Shown: positions 28,028 through 37,862 of the stretch, piece after piece
Layout: each line of letters starts with the position of its first letter
Numbering within the stretch: the first letter of the stretch is position 1
NCBI GenBank assembly: GCA_046861395.1
Contig: JBHHUC010000001.1
Location: 45,830-109,829, forward strand
Source: Fidelibacterota bacterium
Lineage (GTDB): Bacteria; Fidelibacterota; Marinisomatia; Marinisomatales; JABMOV01
Length of the DNA stretch: 64,000 nt
Reading direction: 5' to 3'
Made by a program: the position numbers and the translations under genes
Notes under the pieces: generated by a model
Told to the model about the DNA's origin: nothing
The model's database searches: none
Seen by the model: only the letters and a program-made list of their open reading frames with translations

Positions 28028-30261
28028 TTCTCAGCTCCGCCACGGAAAACAAGCGCCAGCGACAAGCTACGCCCGGGTCGGAGAATATCCCCCCAATCCA
28101 GATGTTCATGATAGGAGACATTTGTCAGGTTTTCGATACCCGCCTTCAATGAAAAACGTTGGAAAAAGTGTAACTCCCCCTTCAGAGCATATACCAAAAA
28201 TCCAGCCGTCGCATTTTCACCCCCCAGCCGAGAAAAACGGGTTTGTTTTCCGGCTCCTCTGATTTCACCCTGTATCCAGAATGTTTTCTGTTGCCAGGTG
28301 ATTGTGGCGTGGGCTTCAAACGGTGAAATCATGGGGATGTAATCACGTAAATCCACCAACCTTCCCACCTGAAAATTCATTCCGCCGGCCAGCACCCAGG
28401 TTGCATTAAGATTCACGACAAAAGACAATTCGGCCCCGGTTAGGGTGGCACGACCACCGTCAGAAAATAATTTCCAGCCGTTGGCATAGCCCAGCGTTGT
28501 GGTCGTATCCATCACCGCTCCGACCGTGTAATGCTGGAAGCGGTAGCGAAAGAGATTGGTTGACAGATCGATCCGGTCGGTGGAAATATGATTGCGAATT
28601 TCAATCTGATAACTTGTTTCGACCGGTATGTCGGGATTTCCCAGGTAGAGATATCCGTCTACAGGATTATAGAGATAATAACCATAGGCTTCTGTCACGG
28701 TGGGTAACCGCTGTCCCCGCCCTGCAGCCAGCGTGAATTGATAATAAGTATTTACCCGGTGAATCAGGGCCACGTTGCCGGTGATCAGGCGGTCGGTACG
28801 GGAAAATGAATTATCCGGATAATAAATGCGTAGAAAATCTTTTCCCATGGCATGATGGATGGCCGATGAGTAATAATCATAACGCAGGGCGGATTTCAGA
28901 GTCGTACGAGGCGAGATGGAGCGTTGATACACCAGATAATGTCCCAGATTCCAGCGATGCATATCAGGCCAGGTAATGATTTTCATGGGCGTGGAAGCCT
29001 GGGGATACATGACCATGTCAGCATAACTGGAGTTCCAGAAAAATTCACTGCGGAGCGTCAAGGAGGATGATCCGTCCGGCGTGAATACCATATCCAAAAA
29101 GGATCCGGCGGTGCGGGTTTTTCCCGGCATATCCATGGTCATATTCATAAACCGGTCCCGGCGCCTGGAATCATCCATCCAGTGATCCACCAGGTTGCCA
29201 TACACCTTCCATTCGGCGCGTGGCAACCAGGACGCAAGGCGGGACATCTTCAGAGTTAATCCGACCAATCTCATCCGGGCATATCCCACATCCATGGGCA
29301 GGGCGGAATATCCCACATTCCAGGCGTCGTCACTCACGATTTCCAGTAATAATCGGGCGGCACTACGAAACTGTCGTAGGTAACCAGCATTGATGCTGAT
29401 TTTTTCATATCCGGAAAAGGGGATTGATTTACCGTTGGCCGCCGTATAGTCTTTCGCGGCACGGTACGTTCCGTGCAGTAATAGACCCTCTTTAGGCCGG
29501 CTTCGCTGCCAGTTGGCACTGAAACGCTTTTCCTTCAGTGCGCTGCGGATACCTCCTCCCAAGGACCAGATCGATCGAAGTTGTGGTGAGAAATCAGGAT
29601 GAAGAAATGTCATATTCAACGACCCACCAACGGTGGCGCCCTCTCGGAGAGACAGGGAACCTTTCCCGATTTCCACCGATCCCAGGGCATCGGGTTCAAC
29701 ATATGCAGAAATCGGATCCATGCGATCCGTACAGGCTCCAAAACTCTTCATTCCATTTATTGTCATATTGATCTGTCCGCCGGAAAGTCCCCGGATGACC
29801 GGTTCCTGCGCAAAATTTCCCCGCCGGATCAGGGAAACGCCTTCAACCAGGGAAATCATGGATTCGGTTGTGGATAGGTTGGTTTTCTGAATATGTTGAA
29901 GGGCCCGCTCTCGCTCCCGCCCGAAAACCACGATACCCAGATTGGACTCTAGAATGACGGGTTTCAAATACCAGGCTGGCAGGTGGTGGTGTCCGCCCAC
30001 TATTTCCACCCGTCGCGTTTCCCGGGCAAAACCAATCATGCTGACAACAACGGTGTACTGACCCGGCGGGAGGGAATCAAGACGAAACGCGCCATCGGAA
30101 TTGGAAACGGCACCCGTTCCGGTTTCTAAAACAACAATATTTACTCCCGTCAGCGGCAGCCCGGTTGCAGCATCAAAAACAATCCCGGAAATGTCTCCCT
30201 GGCGGGCGGCGAGAAAACCACCCAGCCACAGGAAGAACAGAGCCCTAAAAGTTGATTTCAT
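28024..30261 (-). CDS. TonB-dependent receptor, OprC-like copper receptor
   Basis: Likely start MKSTFRALF at 30261; N-terminal carboxypeptidase-regulatory-like domain; plug with GACTDRMDP (CxxxM), HWMDD, MTMDMPG; C-terminal ENL..YHEHL..RPGRS. Confidence 0.75.
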   Translation of the reverse strand: MKSTFRALFFLWLGGFLAARQGDISGIVFDAATGLPLTGVNIVVLETGTGAVSNSDGAFRLDSLPPGQYTVVVSMIGFARETRRVEIVGGHHHLPAWYLKPVILESNLGIVVFGRERERALQHIQKTNLSTTESMISLVEGVSLIRRGNFAQEPVIRGLSGGQINMTINGMKSFGACTDRMDPISAYVEPDALGSVEIGKGSLSLREGATVGGSLNMTFLHPDFSPQLRSIWSLGGGIRSALKEKRFSANWQRSRPKEGLLLHGTYRAAKDYTAANGKSIPFSGYEKISINAGYLRQFRSAARLLLEIVSDDAWNVGYSALPMDVGYARMRLVGLTLKMSRLASWLPRAEWKVYGNLVDHWMDDSRRRDRFMNMTMDMPGKTRTAGSFLDMVFTPDGSSSLTLRSEFFWNSSYADMVMYPQASTPMKIITWPDMHRWNLGHYLVYQRSISPRTTLKSALRYDYYSSAIHHAMGKDFLRIYYPDNSFSRTDRLITGNVALIHRVNTYYQFTLAAGRGQRLPTVTEAYGYYLYNPVDGYLYLGNPDIPVETSYQIEIRNHISTDRIDLSTNLFRYRFQHYTVGAVMDTTTTLGYANGWKLFSDGGRATLTGAELSFVVNLNATWVLAGGMNFQVGRLVDLRDYIPMISPFEAHATITWQQKTFWIQGEIRGAGKQTRFSRLGGENATAGFLVYALKGELHFFQRFSLKAGIENLTNVSYHEHLDWGDILRPGRSLSLALVFRGGAEN

Positions 30262-31057
30262 ATTGCACGGTACCCAGCGTGTCGCCATTCTCCGCGAAGG
30301 TGAAATCAATGGTCCAGTATCCCGTCATATTGAAAACGACGACGCCGGAATATTGTCCGTTTCCATCATATACGGGATTGATATTGCCGGTGGAACCATG
30401 CCCCATATCCGGCATTAAGGGATTCATGACAATATCCAGTCCGCCGACCTCCGGAATATTCATCATACTTTCTTTGTGATGGACGGTGAGAATAATATCA
30501 TTAGTACCGGCTTGCGGGTTTTCCAGACCATTCAGAGTGACGATATAGCTGGTCTGATTGGAGTCGGCATCAAAAAATACCAGATCCTTTTTCATCATGG
30601 TTTCAGTCACAGTCAGACCGGAAAACACGAGTTTATGGGTTTGACCGCTGCTTTCATTGATGACGACAAGAGTGTCGTCCCAAGTGCCCATCATTCCACT
30701 GGCCATGATAAAAACAACCTCTCCCGTGAACAGGCCATCCGCATTAGCCATGACATCCGGATCTGTCACGGGGCAGGAATGTTTCATACCGTCCATGTTC
30801 ATGACAGGTTGTTGTGTAATACGAGCTTCGGTGATGTTGACACCGAGGTTGTCATCGGTTAATTGAAAATACAGTGTATTGAGACCGACATGAAGTTCGG
30901 CATCAGAATACAAATCCAGGGTGATTCCGTTATCATTCTCTGTGCCGATATGGACCAGATTGTCGGTAGGATCTATCGTTGTGTTGTCAGAATCTTCACA
31001 GCTTGCCAGGACCAACAGGAATCCGGACAGCAGGAAGGCAATAAATTTTGGTTTCAT
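30245..31057 (-). CDS. Met/His-rich lipoprotein with two YtkA/FixH-like Ig domains (putative Cu chaperone)
   Basis: Lipobox VLASC; PVMNMDGMKHSCP, FIMASGMMG, PLMPDMGHGS, FNMTGYW. Confidence 0.7.
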   Translation of the reverse strand: MKPKFIAFLLSGFLLVLASCEDSDNTTIDPTDNLVHIGTENDNGITLDLYSDAELHVGLNTLYFQLTDDNLGVNITEARITQQPVMNMDGMKHSCPVTDPDVMANADGLFTGEVVFIMASGMMGTWDDTLVVINESSGQTHKLVFSGLTVTETMMKKDLVFFDADSNQTSYIVTLNGLENPQAGTNDIILTVHHKESMMNIPEVGGLDIVMNPLMPDMGHGSTGNINPVYDGNGQYSGVVVFNMTGYWTIDFTFAENGDTLGTVQYEINF

Positions 31058-31060
31058 TAT

Positions 31061-31141
31061 ACCTCCGGTTATTGATAGACACCGTTTCCACGGCGTCCGT
31101 GATTAATGGTGCGGCAATCTGTGATTGCCGGATTCAGGTTA
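31061..31141 (-). promoter_or_regulatory. Putative SD-sequestering alternative RNA structure between the leader ORF and the copper operon
   Basis: On the mRNA, ACC-UGAA-UCCGG at the leader stop can pair with CCGGAGGU (SD); a competing hairpin CGGCAAUC/GAUUGCCG (31112-31130) overlaps the anti-SD. Confidence 0.45.
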
Positions 31142-31522
31142 ACCGAAGGTTGTTTTAGGCGGTGGGCTGGGGATTTCCAGAAGGGCGGAATGAAGGACGG
31201 CGACCGAACATCCGGCATATTGTTGTGTCGAAAATACCGGTAAAAATGAAAATTGGTAATGCACGTCCAGATCAAGAATCTTATGAGGAGCGACTACTAC
31301 CTGGGATGTTTTGGTCTGCTGGTGTTGGCAGGAGCAATCAACCGCAGCTATGGTCAGGGATTGATGGGAAGCGGCGCAAACCGCTACCGTATGACCGCAA
31401 CCGCAGGTACAGACATCTTCTCCTCCTACCATGATGGTTTCATGATGAGGAATGGATTGGGCGATCCATTGCACCAGAAACAGGGCCGTGATAAAAAATG
31501 CTATTTTACGGTATTTTTTCAT
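31139..31522 (-). CDS. Small exported Cys/His-rich protein with a C-terminal Pro tract (DUF2946/CruR/CutF-like leader)
   Basis: N-terminal signal/TM; PHH, CTCGCGH, CAASH, CSCQH; C-terminus EIPSPPPKTTFG; first gene before a Cu chaperone and OprC-like receptor. Confidence 0.6.
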   Translation of the reverse strand: MKKYRKIAFFITALFLVQWIAQSIPHHETIMVGGEDVCTCGCGHTVAVCAASHQSLTIAAVDCSCQHQQTKTSQVVVAPHKILDLDVHYQFSFLPVFSTQQYAGCSVAVLHSALLEIPSPPPKTTFG

Positions 31523-31621
31523 TGCTATTTAAGGCCTGGAAGTTATAAAACATAATGAGAAAATATAATATTTCGGAAGTGAGAAATGTTGGTCCCAATG
31601 AGAGATCGCGTGATAGGGAGG

Positions 31622-33718
31622 CTAGCGGTCATCACCCTCCGGTTGTGGAATTTCAAGATAAAAGATATTACCCTTTGGCTCATTAGGCTCTGACCAGACC
31701 CGGCCGCCGTGTGCACGAGCGATTTTGGCGGCGATGGCCAACCCTAAACCCTGTCCCCGCCCCTTGTTTACCTGAAAATTCCGCTTGAAGATTTTCTCCC
31801 GTAATTCGGCGGCAATCGTTTTACCCCAATCCGCCACAGAAAACAAGACTCTTCCCGGACGCTGTTCGACAGCAATGACAATTCGCTTACCATCGTTGGC
31901 ATATTTCATCGCATTCCCAATATAGTTTCGTAATACCTCTTCGATAATTGGGTTAGCCCGGATGGTAAAATCTTCCGGAATATGATTATCGATTGTCAGG
32001 TCTCGGTGCTGGAGAGAGAACTCCTTTGCCTGCCAATAGACCCGCTCGCCGATAGGTACCGTTTCCAGGGGCAGTTCTTCATCTTTTTCCAGGCGAATGA
32101 GAGTGCTTGCATTTTTCACCATATTGATTAATTGCGCACTGGCATCACGAATGTATTTTAATTCTTCAATTTTTGGGTATTCTTCCAGGAGTAAATCACT
32201 AAAACCGAGAATCGCGCTGGCCGGATTTTTAACATCATGTGAAATGATATCTAATAATAAATCTTTGGTGGAGACGGTCTGGGCCAGTTTTTTTGAAAGC
32301 TGGCGATGTTCTTTTTCCGATTTTTCCAGCGCTTTAGTGGCCCGGATCTGTTCGGTTACATCCCGCAGCACACCCCGGAATCCAATGATTTTCCCGTTGC
32401 TGTCCATGCGCGGCGAAACGGATGATTCGGCAATGCACATTTCTCCTGTTTTGGTTTGAATTTCCCAGCGAACATTATGGAGGGCCTTTCCGGAGCGAAA
32501 AACAGTATTCACATCCTTATAGATCCGGGATGCGGCATCCGGCGACATGAAATCGCGATTGGTCATTCCCAGTAATTCCTGGCGGGAATAACCGAAAATG
32601 CGTTCCATGGCTATATTGACAAAGGTAAATGTTCCCCTGATGTCTGTTTCAAAACACCCTTCTTCCATGTGATCGATAATATCATGGAATTTCTTATATT
32701 CTCGTGTTTCGGCTTCCAGAAAAGCCTGCTGGCGCTGACCCCGCAGAAAAAGAAAGATTACACCGCCGAAAACTATCAGGAGTAGAGACATATCAATAAA
32801 GATACTTTGGGCGGTGTTGTGGGATGCCGTAAGAATATCATCATAAGGACCTTCGGCGCAGAGCACCCAGTTTTCGTTTAAAAACGGCATGGCCACCAGG
32901 GACCGCAAGTCGATATTACCCTTGGCGTAACGATGGATACGGCAGGAAAGCGAGTCTGTTACATCCTGAAAATAATCAAATTCACCGGGGCTGTGACAGG
33001 GCTGGCAACGGGGTCCGAGATGATAAATATTTCCTCGTACCATGTATTGTATACTGTCACATTCCGCGTTATAAAGACTTAGAATTTCGCCGGAACGGTT
33101 AACCAGAAAAAAGGAATGGTTTGTTTCCTGCCAGCGGTTTATACAGGAGCGCGTGAATTGGCCGATGCGTATTCCCGTCACAAGATAAAACCGGGCATCA
33201 TGCAATACCATTGGTTTAATTAACAGAACAAGAGATTCACCGTTTTTTGCAAACAAACGGGACGATACATACCCGTATTCAGGAATGGCGGCCGTATCAA
33301 GAATCACTTTAATGTTGCGATCGTCAACCGCGATTTGCTCCGGTCCGGGTGAAATATGGAGCCGATTGAAATGGTCGTCGTAGAGTGCCGAAAAAGCCAG
33401 CGCTTCCTTTTCCGTGGCCGCCAGAAAATCAAACTGTTCCAAGGTATGATCAACACCAAACTTTTGAAAATGACGATCAAGCTGTTCAAGTGTTGTGGAA
33501 AAAGCAGCCATTAGATATTGATAATTCACGGTAAAGGTGTGAACCAGTAGCCGTTGATCCGTTTTGTAATTGTGGATTAGGCCCAGCTTATATTTTTTGA
33601 ACTCATGAATTTCATGGCTAAGAATGGCCAGCAAAAGAATAAAGGCGAGAATAAAATAACCGACTTGTCGAGAAATGGAAAGTTTCATCCTGTGAAACAT
33701 TTTTCGATAACGCACCAA
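31622..33718 (-). CDS. Membrane PAS sensor histidine kinase with a periplasmic CxxCH
   Basis: Two TMs; CQPCH; PAS (FVNIAMERIFGYSRQELLG...GVLRDVTE); ISHDVKNP; NYIGNAMKY; GQGLGLAI. Confidence 0.88.
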   Translation of the reverse strand: MVRYRKMFHRMKLSISRQVGYFILAFILLLAILSHEIHEFKKYKLGLIHNYKTDQRLLVHTFTVNYQYLMAAFSTTLEQLDRHFQKFGVDHTLEQFDFLAATEKEALAFSALYDDHFNRLHISPGPEQIAVDDRNIKVILDTAAIPEYGYVSSRLFAKNGESLVLLIKPMVLHDARFYLVTGIRIGQFTRSCINRWQETNHSFFLVNRSGEILSLYNAECDSIQYMVRGNIYHLGPRCQPCHSPGEFDYFQDVTDSLSCRIHRYAKGNIDLRSLVAMPFLNENWVLCAEGPYDDILTASHNTAQSIFIDMSLLLIVFGGVIFLFLRGQRQQAFLEAETREYKKFHDIIDHMEEGCFETDIRGTFTFVNIAMERIFGYSRQELLGMTNRDFMSPDAASRIYKDVNTVFRSGKALHNVRWEIQTKTGEMCIAESSVSPRMDSNGKIIGFRGVLRDVTEQIRATKALEKSEKEHRQLSKKLAQTVSTKDLLLDIISHDVKNPASAILGFSDLLLEEYPKIEELKYIRDASAQLINMVKNASTLIRLEKDEELPLETVPIGERVYWQAKEFSLQHRDLTIDNHIPEDFTIRANPIIEEVLRNYIGNAMKYANDGKRIVIAVEQRPGRVLFSVADWGKTIAAELREKIFKRNFQVNKGRGQGLGLAIAAKIARAHGGRVWSEPNEPKGNIFYLEIPQPEGDDR

Positions 33719-33904
33719 CAGACAATAACGTGTTTAACAAGCCCCATATGATTCCCCTTACTGCTGCATGTTTAGATAAATTTATCGCGAATGGCATACA
33801 AAACAAAAGTCAAAAAAGTTTGAAGAACAGATTGGGCCCTCTTCCCGTTGCGCCCATAATGCGCGAACGGTAAATTGTTAACCGTATTTCAGGAAAGGGC
33901 AACC

Positions 33905-35257
33905 ATGCAACAACGAATTTGTGGCTTAATTTCATTCTTATTTCTCATGTCATGTGCACCATACCCGGAGCCGCTCCCGGCACCAATACAACCGGTTGCT
34001 GATCAAAAAGGATCGGAAATCTTATCCCGGGGGATGGCAGACAGTACTGGGTTTGCCCGGCTAGCAACCTTGTGCGATACCTTCGGTCATCGTTTGAGCG
34101 GGTCGCAAAACCTAGAAGCCGCCATCGACTGGGTGGTGAGGGAAATGAAAAAAGACGGTTTTACTGCCGTACGCACCGAACCGGTCATGGTGCCCCACTG
34201 GGTCCGCGGCAAAGAATCGCTGACCATGATAGTCCCCTGGACGGAATCTCTGGACATCCTGGGATTGGGTGGCAGCATCGCCACACCGCCGGACGGAATA
34301 ACTGCTTCGGTTATGGTGGTAAGCGATTTTGATGAACTGGAACGACGTCAAACTGAGGCCAGGGGAAAAATCGTCGTTTTTGATGCGCCTTTTACCACTT
34401 ACGGTGAAACGGTACGATATCGTTACCGGGGAGCCATCGAAGCGGCCCGCTATGGTGCCGTCGCCAGTCTGATCCGGTCCGTCACACCCTTTTCTATGAA
34501 TACACCCCATACCGGGGGAATGGCCTATGCCGACACCATTCCTCCCATTCCCCATGCCGCCATTACCATTGAAGCAGCCGAAATGCTGCACCGAATGACT
34601 CGTCGGGGCCAGGTTCCCGAATTAAACCTGAAAATGGAAGCAAAAACATTACCGGATGCTGAATCCCGGAATATTATCGTGGAAATACCCGGGAGTGAAA
34701 AACCGGAAGAGATTATTGTGATGGGCGGCCATATTGATTCCTGGGATGTGGGCCAGGGCGCCATGGATGATGCCGGCGGCTGTGTCGCAAGTTGGGAAGC
34801 GCTGCGTCTCATCAAAAATCTGGGACTGAAACCGAAGCGGACCATTCGCGTTGTTTTCTGGACGAACGAAGAAAACGGGCTGCGGGGCGGAAAGACGTAT
34901 TATGAAAATCACAAGAATGAAAACCATGTGATGGCGATTGAATCAGACGGAGGCGTTTTTGCTCCCCGGGGATTTGGTTTTTCGGGACCGGATACGTTGC
35001 GGAATAAATTGAAGGAAATTGCCCGGGGATTGAAGGTTATCGGGGCTGACAGTATTTTTGCTCAGGGCGGCGGAGCCGATATTTCTCCCCTCATGGGAGC
35101 CGGGGTTCCCGGCATGGGACTGAAGGTTGAAGACTCAACCTATTTCTGGTATCATCACACCCGGGCCGATATGATTACGGTGCTTAACCGGGACGATTTC
35201 AACCGGTGCGTCGTAGCCCTGGCTTATATGGTATATAGCATTTCTGAAATGGAATAA
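33905..35257 (+). CDS. M28 carboxypeptidase Q-like lipoprotein
   Basis: FLMSC lipobox; FGHRLSGS, GGHIDSWD, GAMDDAGG, NEENGL, ESDGG, YHHT. Confidence 0.9.
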   Translation: MQQRICGLISFLFLMSCAPYPEPLPAPIQPVADQKGSEILSRGMADSTGFARLATLCDTFGHRLSGSQNLEAAIDWVVREMKKDGFTAVRTEPVMVPHWVRGKESLTMIVPWTESLDILGLGGSIATPPDGITASVMVVSDFDELERRQTEARGKIVVFDAPFTTYGETVRYRYRGAIEAARYGAVASLIRSVTPFSMNTPHTGGMAYADTIPPIPHAAITIEAAEMLHRMTRRGQVPELNLKMEAKTLPDAESRNIIVEIPGSEKPEEIIVMGGHIDSWDVGQGAMDDAGGCVASWEALRLIKNLGLKPKRTIRVVFWTNEENGLRGGKTYYENHKNENHVMAIESDGGVFAPRGFGFSGPDTLRNKLKEIARGLKVIGADSIFAQGGGADISPLMGAGVPGMGLKVEDSTYFWYHHTRADMITVLNRDDFNRCVVALAYMVYSISEME

Positions 35258-35288
35258 AGGACAATTTGCGACGAACGATTATAAAACG

Positions 35289-36734
35289 CTAGTTTGCGTT
35301 TTCCGTAACATTTCTTATCAGTTGAACATAAAAACCGATCAACTGGGCGTAATTTTCTTTCGTGATATATTCATTAATACCATGCATGCCGTCCAGCTGT
35401 CCCGGTGCAAATTGAAGGGGCAGAAAGCGATAAATCTGGTCCGACATACCCGCGTAATATTTCGTATCCGTACCACCCACCGTTAAATAGGGACTGACAA
35501 TGACATCGGGAAAGGTTCGCCGGATGCTGGTGGCAATAGCATCATATTGCGGTGAATGATAATTGCTGACGACGGAAGGTTCATTTTGAAATGTCCCCAC
35601 CGGCTTTACAGAAACATCGGGATTATCAATGACTTTTTCCACATGACGGATGACATCGGCCGTGGTATCGCCGGGTTTGAGACGGAAATTGATCACTGCG
35701 GTTGCTTTCTGGGGCAATTGATTATCCTTGACACCGGCATGAAACATGGTGGGGGCCGTGGTTGTCCGGATCAAGGCATTGGATTTCGGCGAAGCGGCCA
35801 ACTGGCCTTCGATGATTCCACCGAAAGCCCAGAGATTGGAAAAAAGAAGATTAAAGGGGAAATGCGATTCCGGTGCCAGCGTGATCAACATTTCCCGAAT
35901 GGGACCCTCCAACGAACCGGGCATGGGATGATCACTGACGGCTGCGACCGCCTTGCTTAAAACGGTAATAGCTGTTTCCGGAGGGGGCATGCTGGAATGC
36001 CCACCCGTACCTGTTGCGGATAATTCCAGACTGACGTACCCCTTTTCGGCAATCCCCACCAAGGCGACGGGAGCGGAAATACCCGGAACGCCTTCCGTTA
36101 CAATCGCACCGCCTTCATCCAGAATAAGCCAGGGTGTTATCTGGCGTTGCTTCAATACATCGGCAATCCGGGCCGCGCCGGCATGTCCGGAAATTTCCTC
36201 ATCATGGCCAAAGGCCAGCAGAATTGTCCGTTCCGGCTGGTATCCTTGCCCTAATAAATATTCCACAGCCTCCAGGATGCCCAACAGGGCCGATTTATTA
36301 TCCACGGCGCCGCGGCCAAACAATACATCATTTACGATTTTACCCTGAAACGGGTCGTGGTCCCAGCGGCTCTGATCCGAATTATCGGCCGGAACAACAT
36401 CGGAATGAGCCATGAGCAATAGGGGCGGAAGATCAGAGCGGCGTCCCGACCAAGTGTATAGCAGGCTGAATTGATTAATGGTTTCACGGTTCAGATTCCG
36501 GTGGACCCGGGGAAAATGTTCAACCAGAAACCGGTGGAATGTTAAAAATGCTTCTGCCTCGGTGGCAGCCGTATCCGACCAGGAAACGGTGGGGATACTC
36601 AACGCCCCAGCCAGACGCTGCAGTGCCATATCACCGGGAGGACCTTGCGGTGGAATCAATTCTGTTTGGATTTGTCGTGAAGGCCCGGCGCATCCAATCA
36701 GGATGAAAACAATCGTTGTCAGGATTTTTTTCAT
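35289..36734 (-). CDS. M20 family amidohydrolase (Gly-Xaa carboxypeptidase / PM20D1-like) lipoprotein
   Basis: ILIGC lipobox; AHSDVVP, GRGAVDNK, GHDEE, LDEGG, GGHSSMPP, GGTD, MHGINE. Confidence 0.9.
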   Translation of the reverse strand: MKKILTTIVFILIGCAGPSRQIQTELIPPQGPPGDMALQRLAGALSIPTVSWSDTAATEAEAFLTFHRFLVEHFPRVHRNLNRETINQFSLLYTWSGRRSDLPPLLLMAHSDVVPADNSDQSRWDHDPFQGKIVNDVLFGRGAVDNKSALLGILEAVEYLLGQGYQPERTILLAFGHDEEISGHAGAARIADVLKQRQITPWLILDEGGAIVTEGVPGISAPVALVGIAEKGYVSLELSATGTGGHSSMPPPETAITVLSKAVAAVSDHPMPGSLEGPIREMLITLAPESHFPFNLLFSNLWAFGGIIEGQLAASPKSNALIRTTTAPTMFHAGVKDNQLPQKATAVINFRLKPGDTTADVIRHVEKVIDNPDVSVKPVGTFQNEPSVVSNYHSPQYDAIATSIRRTFPDVIVSPYLTVGGTDTKYYAGMSDQIYRFLPLQFAPGQLDGMHGINEYITKENYAQLIGFYVQLIRNVTENAN

Positions 36735-36735
36735 G

Positions 36736-37752
36736 TTATTCCTCAATAATCAAAGGTTCGGGTTCCAGTATAATGCCGAAACGATCTTCAACGGAACGCT
36801 GTATTTCCTGGGCCAGGGCCCAGATTTCGGCCCCGGTGGCACCACCGAAATTCACTAGAATTAAAGCATGCTTGTCGTAAACACCGCAATGTTTGCGACG
36901 AACGCCTTTCCAGCCACATTTTTCCACCAGCCAGGCTGCCGGAACCTTTACCTTGCCCGGTTCATCGGGATAAAAAGGGATTGTCGGATAATCGGATTTT
37001 AGCCTATCAACCGTTTCTGCGGGTACGACAGGATTGCGGAAGAAACTGCCGGCATTGCCCAGTTGTTCGGGATCGGGAAGTTTACTGCGGCGGATATCCC
37101 GGATAATGGCCGAAATCTCTTCCGGAGCAGGATTGGTGAGATGGTGGTGGTCCAATACGCGCCGCAGGGCAGGATAGGCGATATTCGGTTTGGGAGTGCG
37201 GGAAAGGGAAAAGATAACAGACGTAATTAGAAAACGAGATTCTTCTTTAAACCGGCTGGTGCGGTAACCGAAGCGACAATCGTCACGGGTGAAAATATGT
37301 TTCGTTCCCCGTTTCAGGTCCAGCGCTTCCAGCGAGACAAAAACATCTGCTAGTTCGACACCATAGGCTCCAATGTTCTGAACTGGCGCTGCCCCCACCG
37401 TGCCAGGAATCAGTACCAGGTTTTCTAAACCATACCAGCCCCTGGAAAGGGTGTATTCCACCAGCGCGTTCCAGCCGAAACCAGCACCCACGGAAAGGGT
37501 AACGGTATCCGGAGATTGATTGCGAACAACACACTCCTTAAATACAGGATGAAGAACCAGGCCGCGCCAGGAAGATACAAATAGGATGTTACTTCCACCG
37601 CCCAGGACAAGACGGGGTATATCGGGGTCCGGCAATGATGATAATATACGGTCCAGGTCATCGGGCCGGCGCAATTCGGCGAAGTATCGCGCCCGGGAAG
37701 GAACAGCAAAACTGGTATGGCGGGTCAGGTCTTTATACTCTTCGACGTTCAT
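36736..37752 (-). CDS. murB: UDP-N-acetylenolpyruvoylglucosamine reductase
   Basis: LGGGSNILF, IPGTVGAAPVQNIGAYG, FGYRTS, GNAGSFFRNP, HALILVN, LEPE. Confidence 0.97.
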   Translation of the reverse strand: MNVEEYKDLTRHTSFAVPSRARYFAELRRPDDLDRILSSLPDPDIPRLVLGGGSNILFVSSWRGLVLHPVFKECVVRNQSPDTVTLSVGAGFGWNALVEYTLSRGWYGLENLVLIPGTVGAAPVQNIGAYGVELADVFVSLEALDLKRGTKHIFTRDDCRFGYRTSRFKEESRFLITSVIFSLSRTPKPNIAYPALRRVLDHHHLTNPAPEEISAIIRDIRRSKLPDPEQLGNAGSFFRNPVVPAETVDRLKSDYPTIPFYPDEPGKVKVPAAWLVEKCGWKGVRRKHCGVYDKHALILVNFGGATGAEIWALAQEIQRSVEDRFGIILEPEPLIIEE

Positions 37753-37862
37753 TCTGGTATGTCTCCGGGGGAGAATTTGCCGAATTATTCCGTAAGAACA
37801 AAAGGCCGGTTTGGTTCTTTTCCTATCCCGGCTGTACCTTCTTCCACATTATGAGGAGCCTA

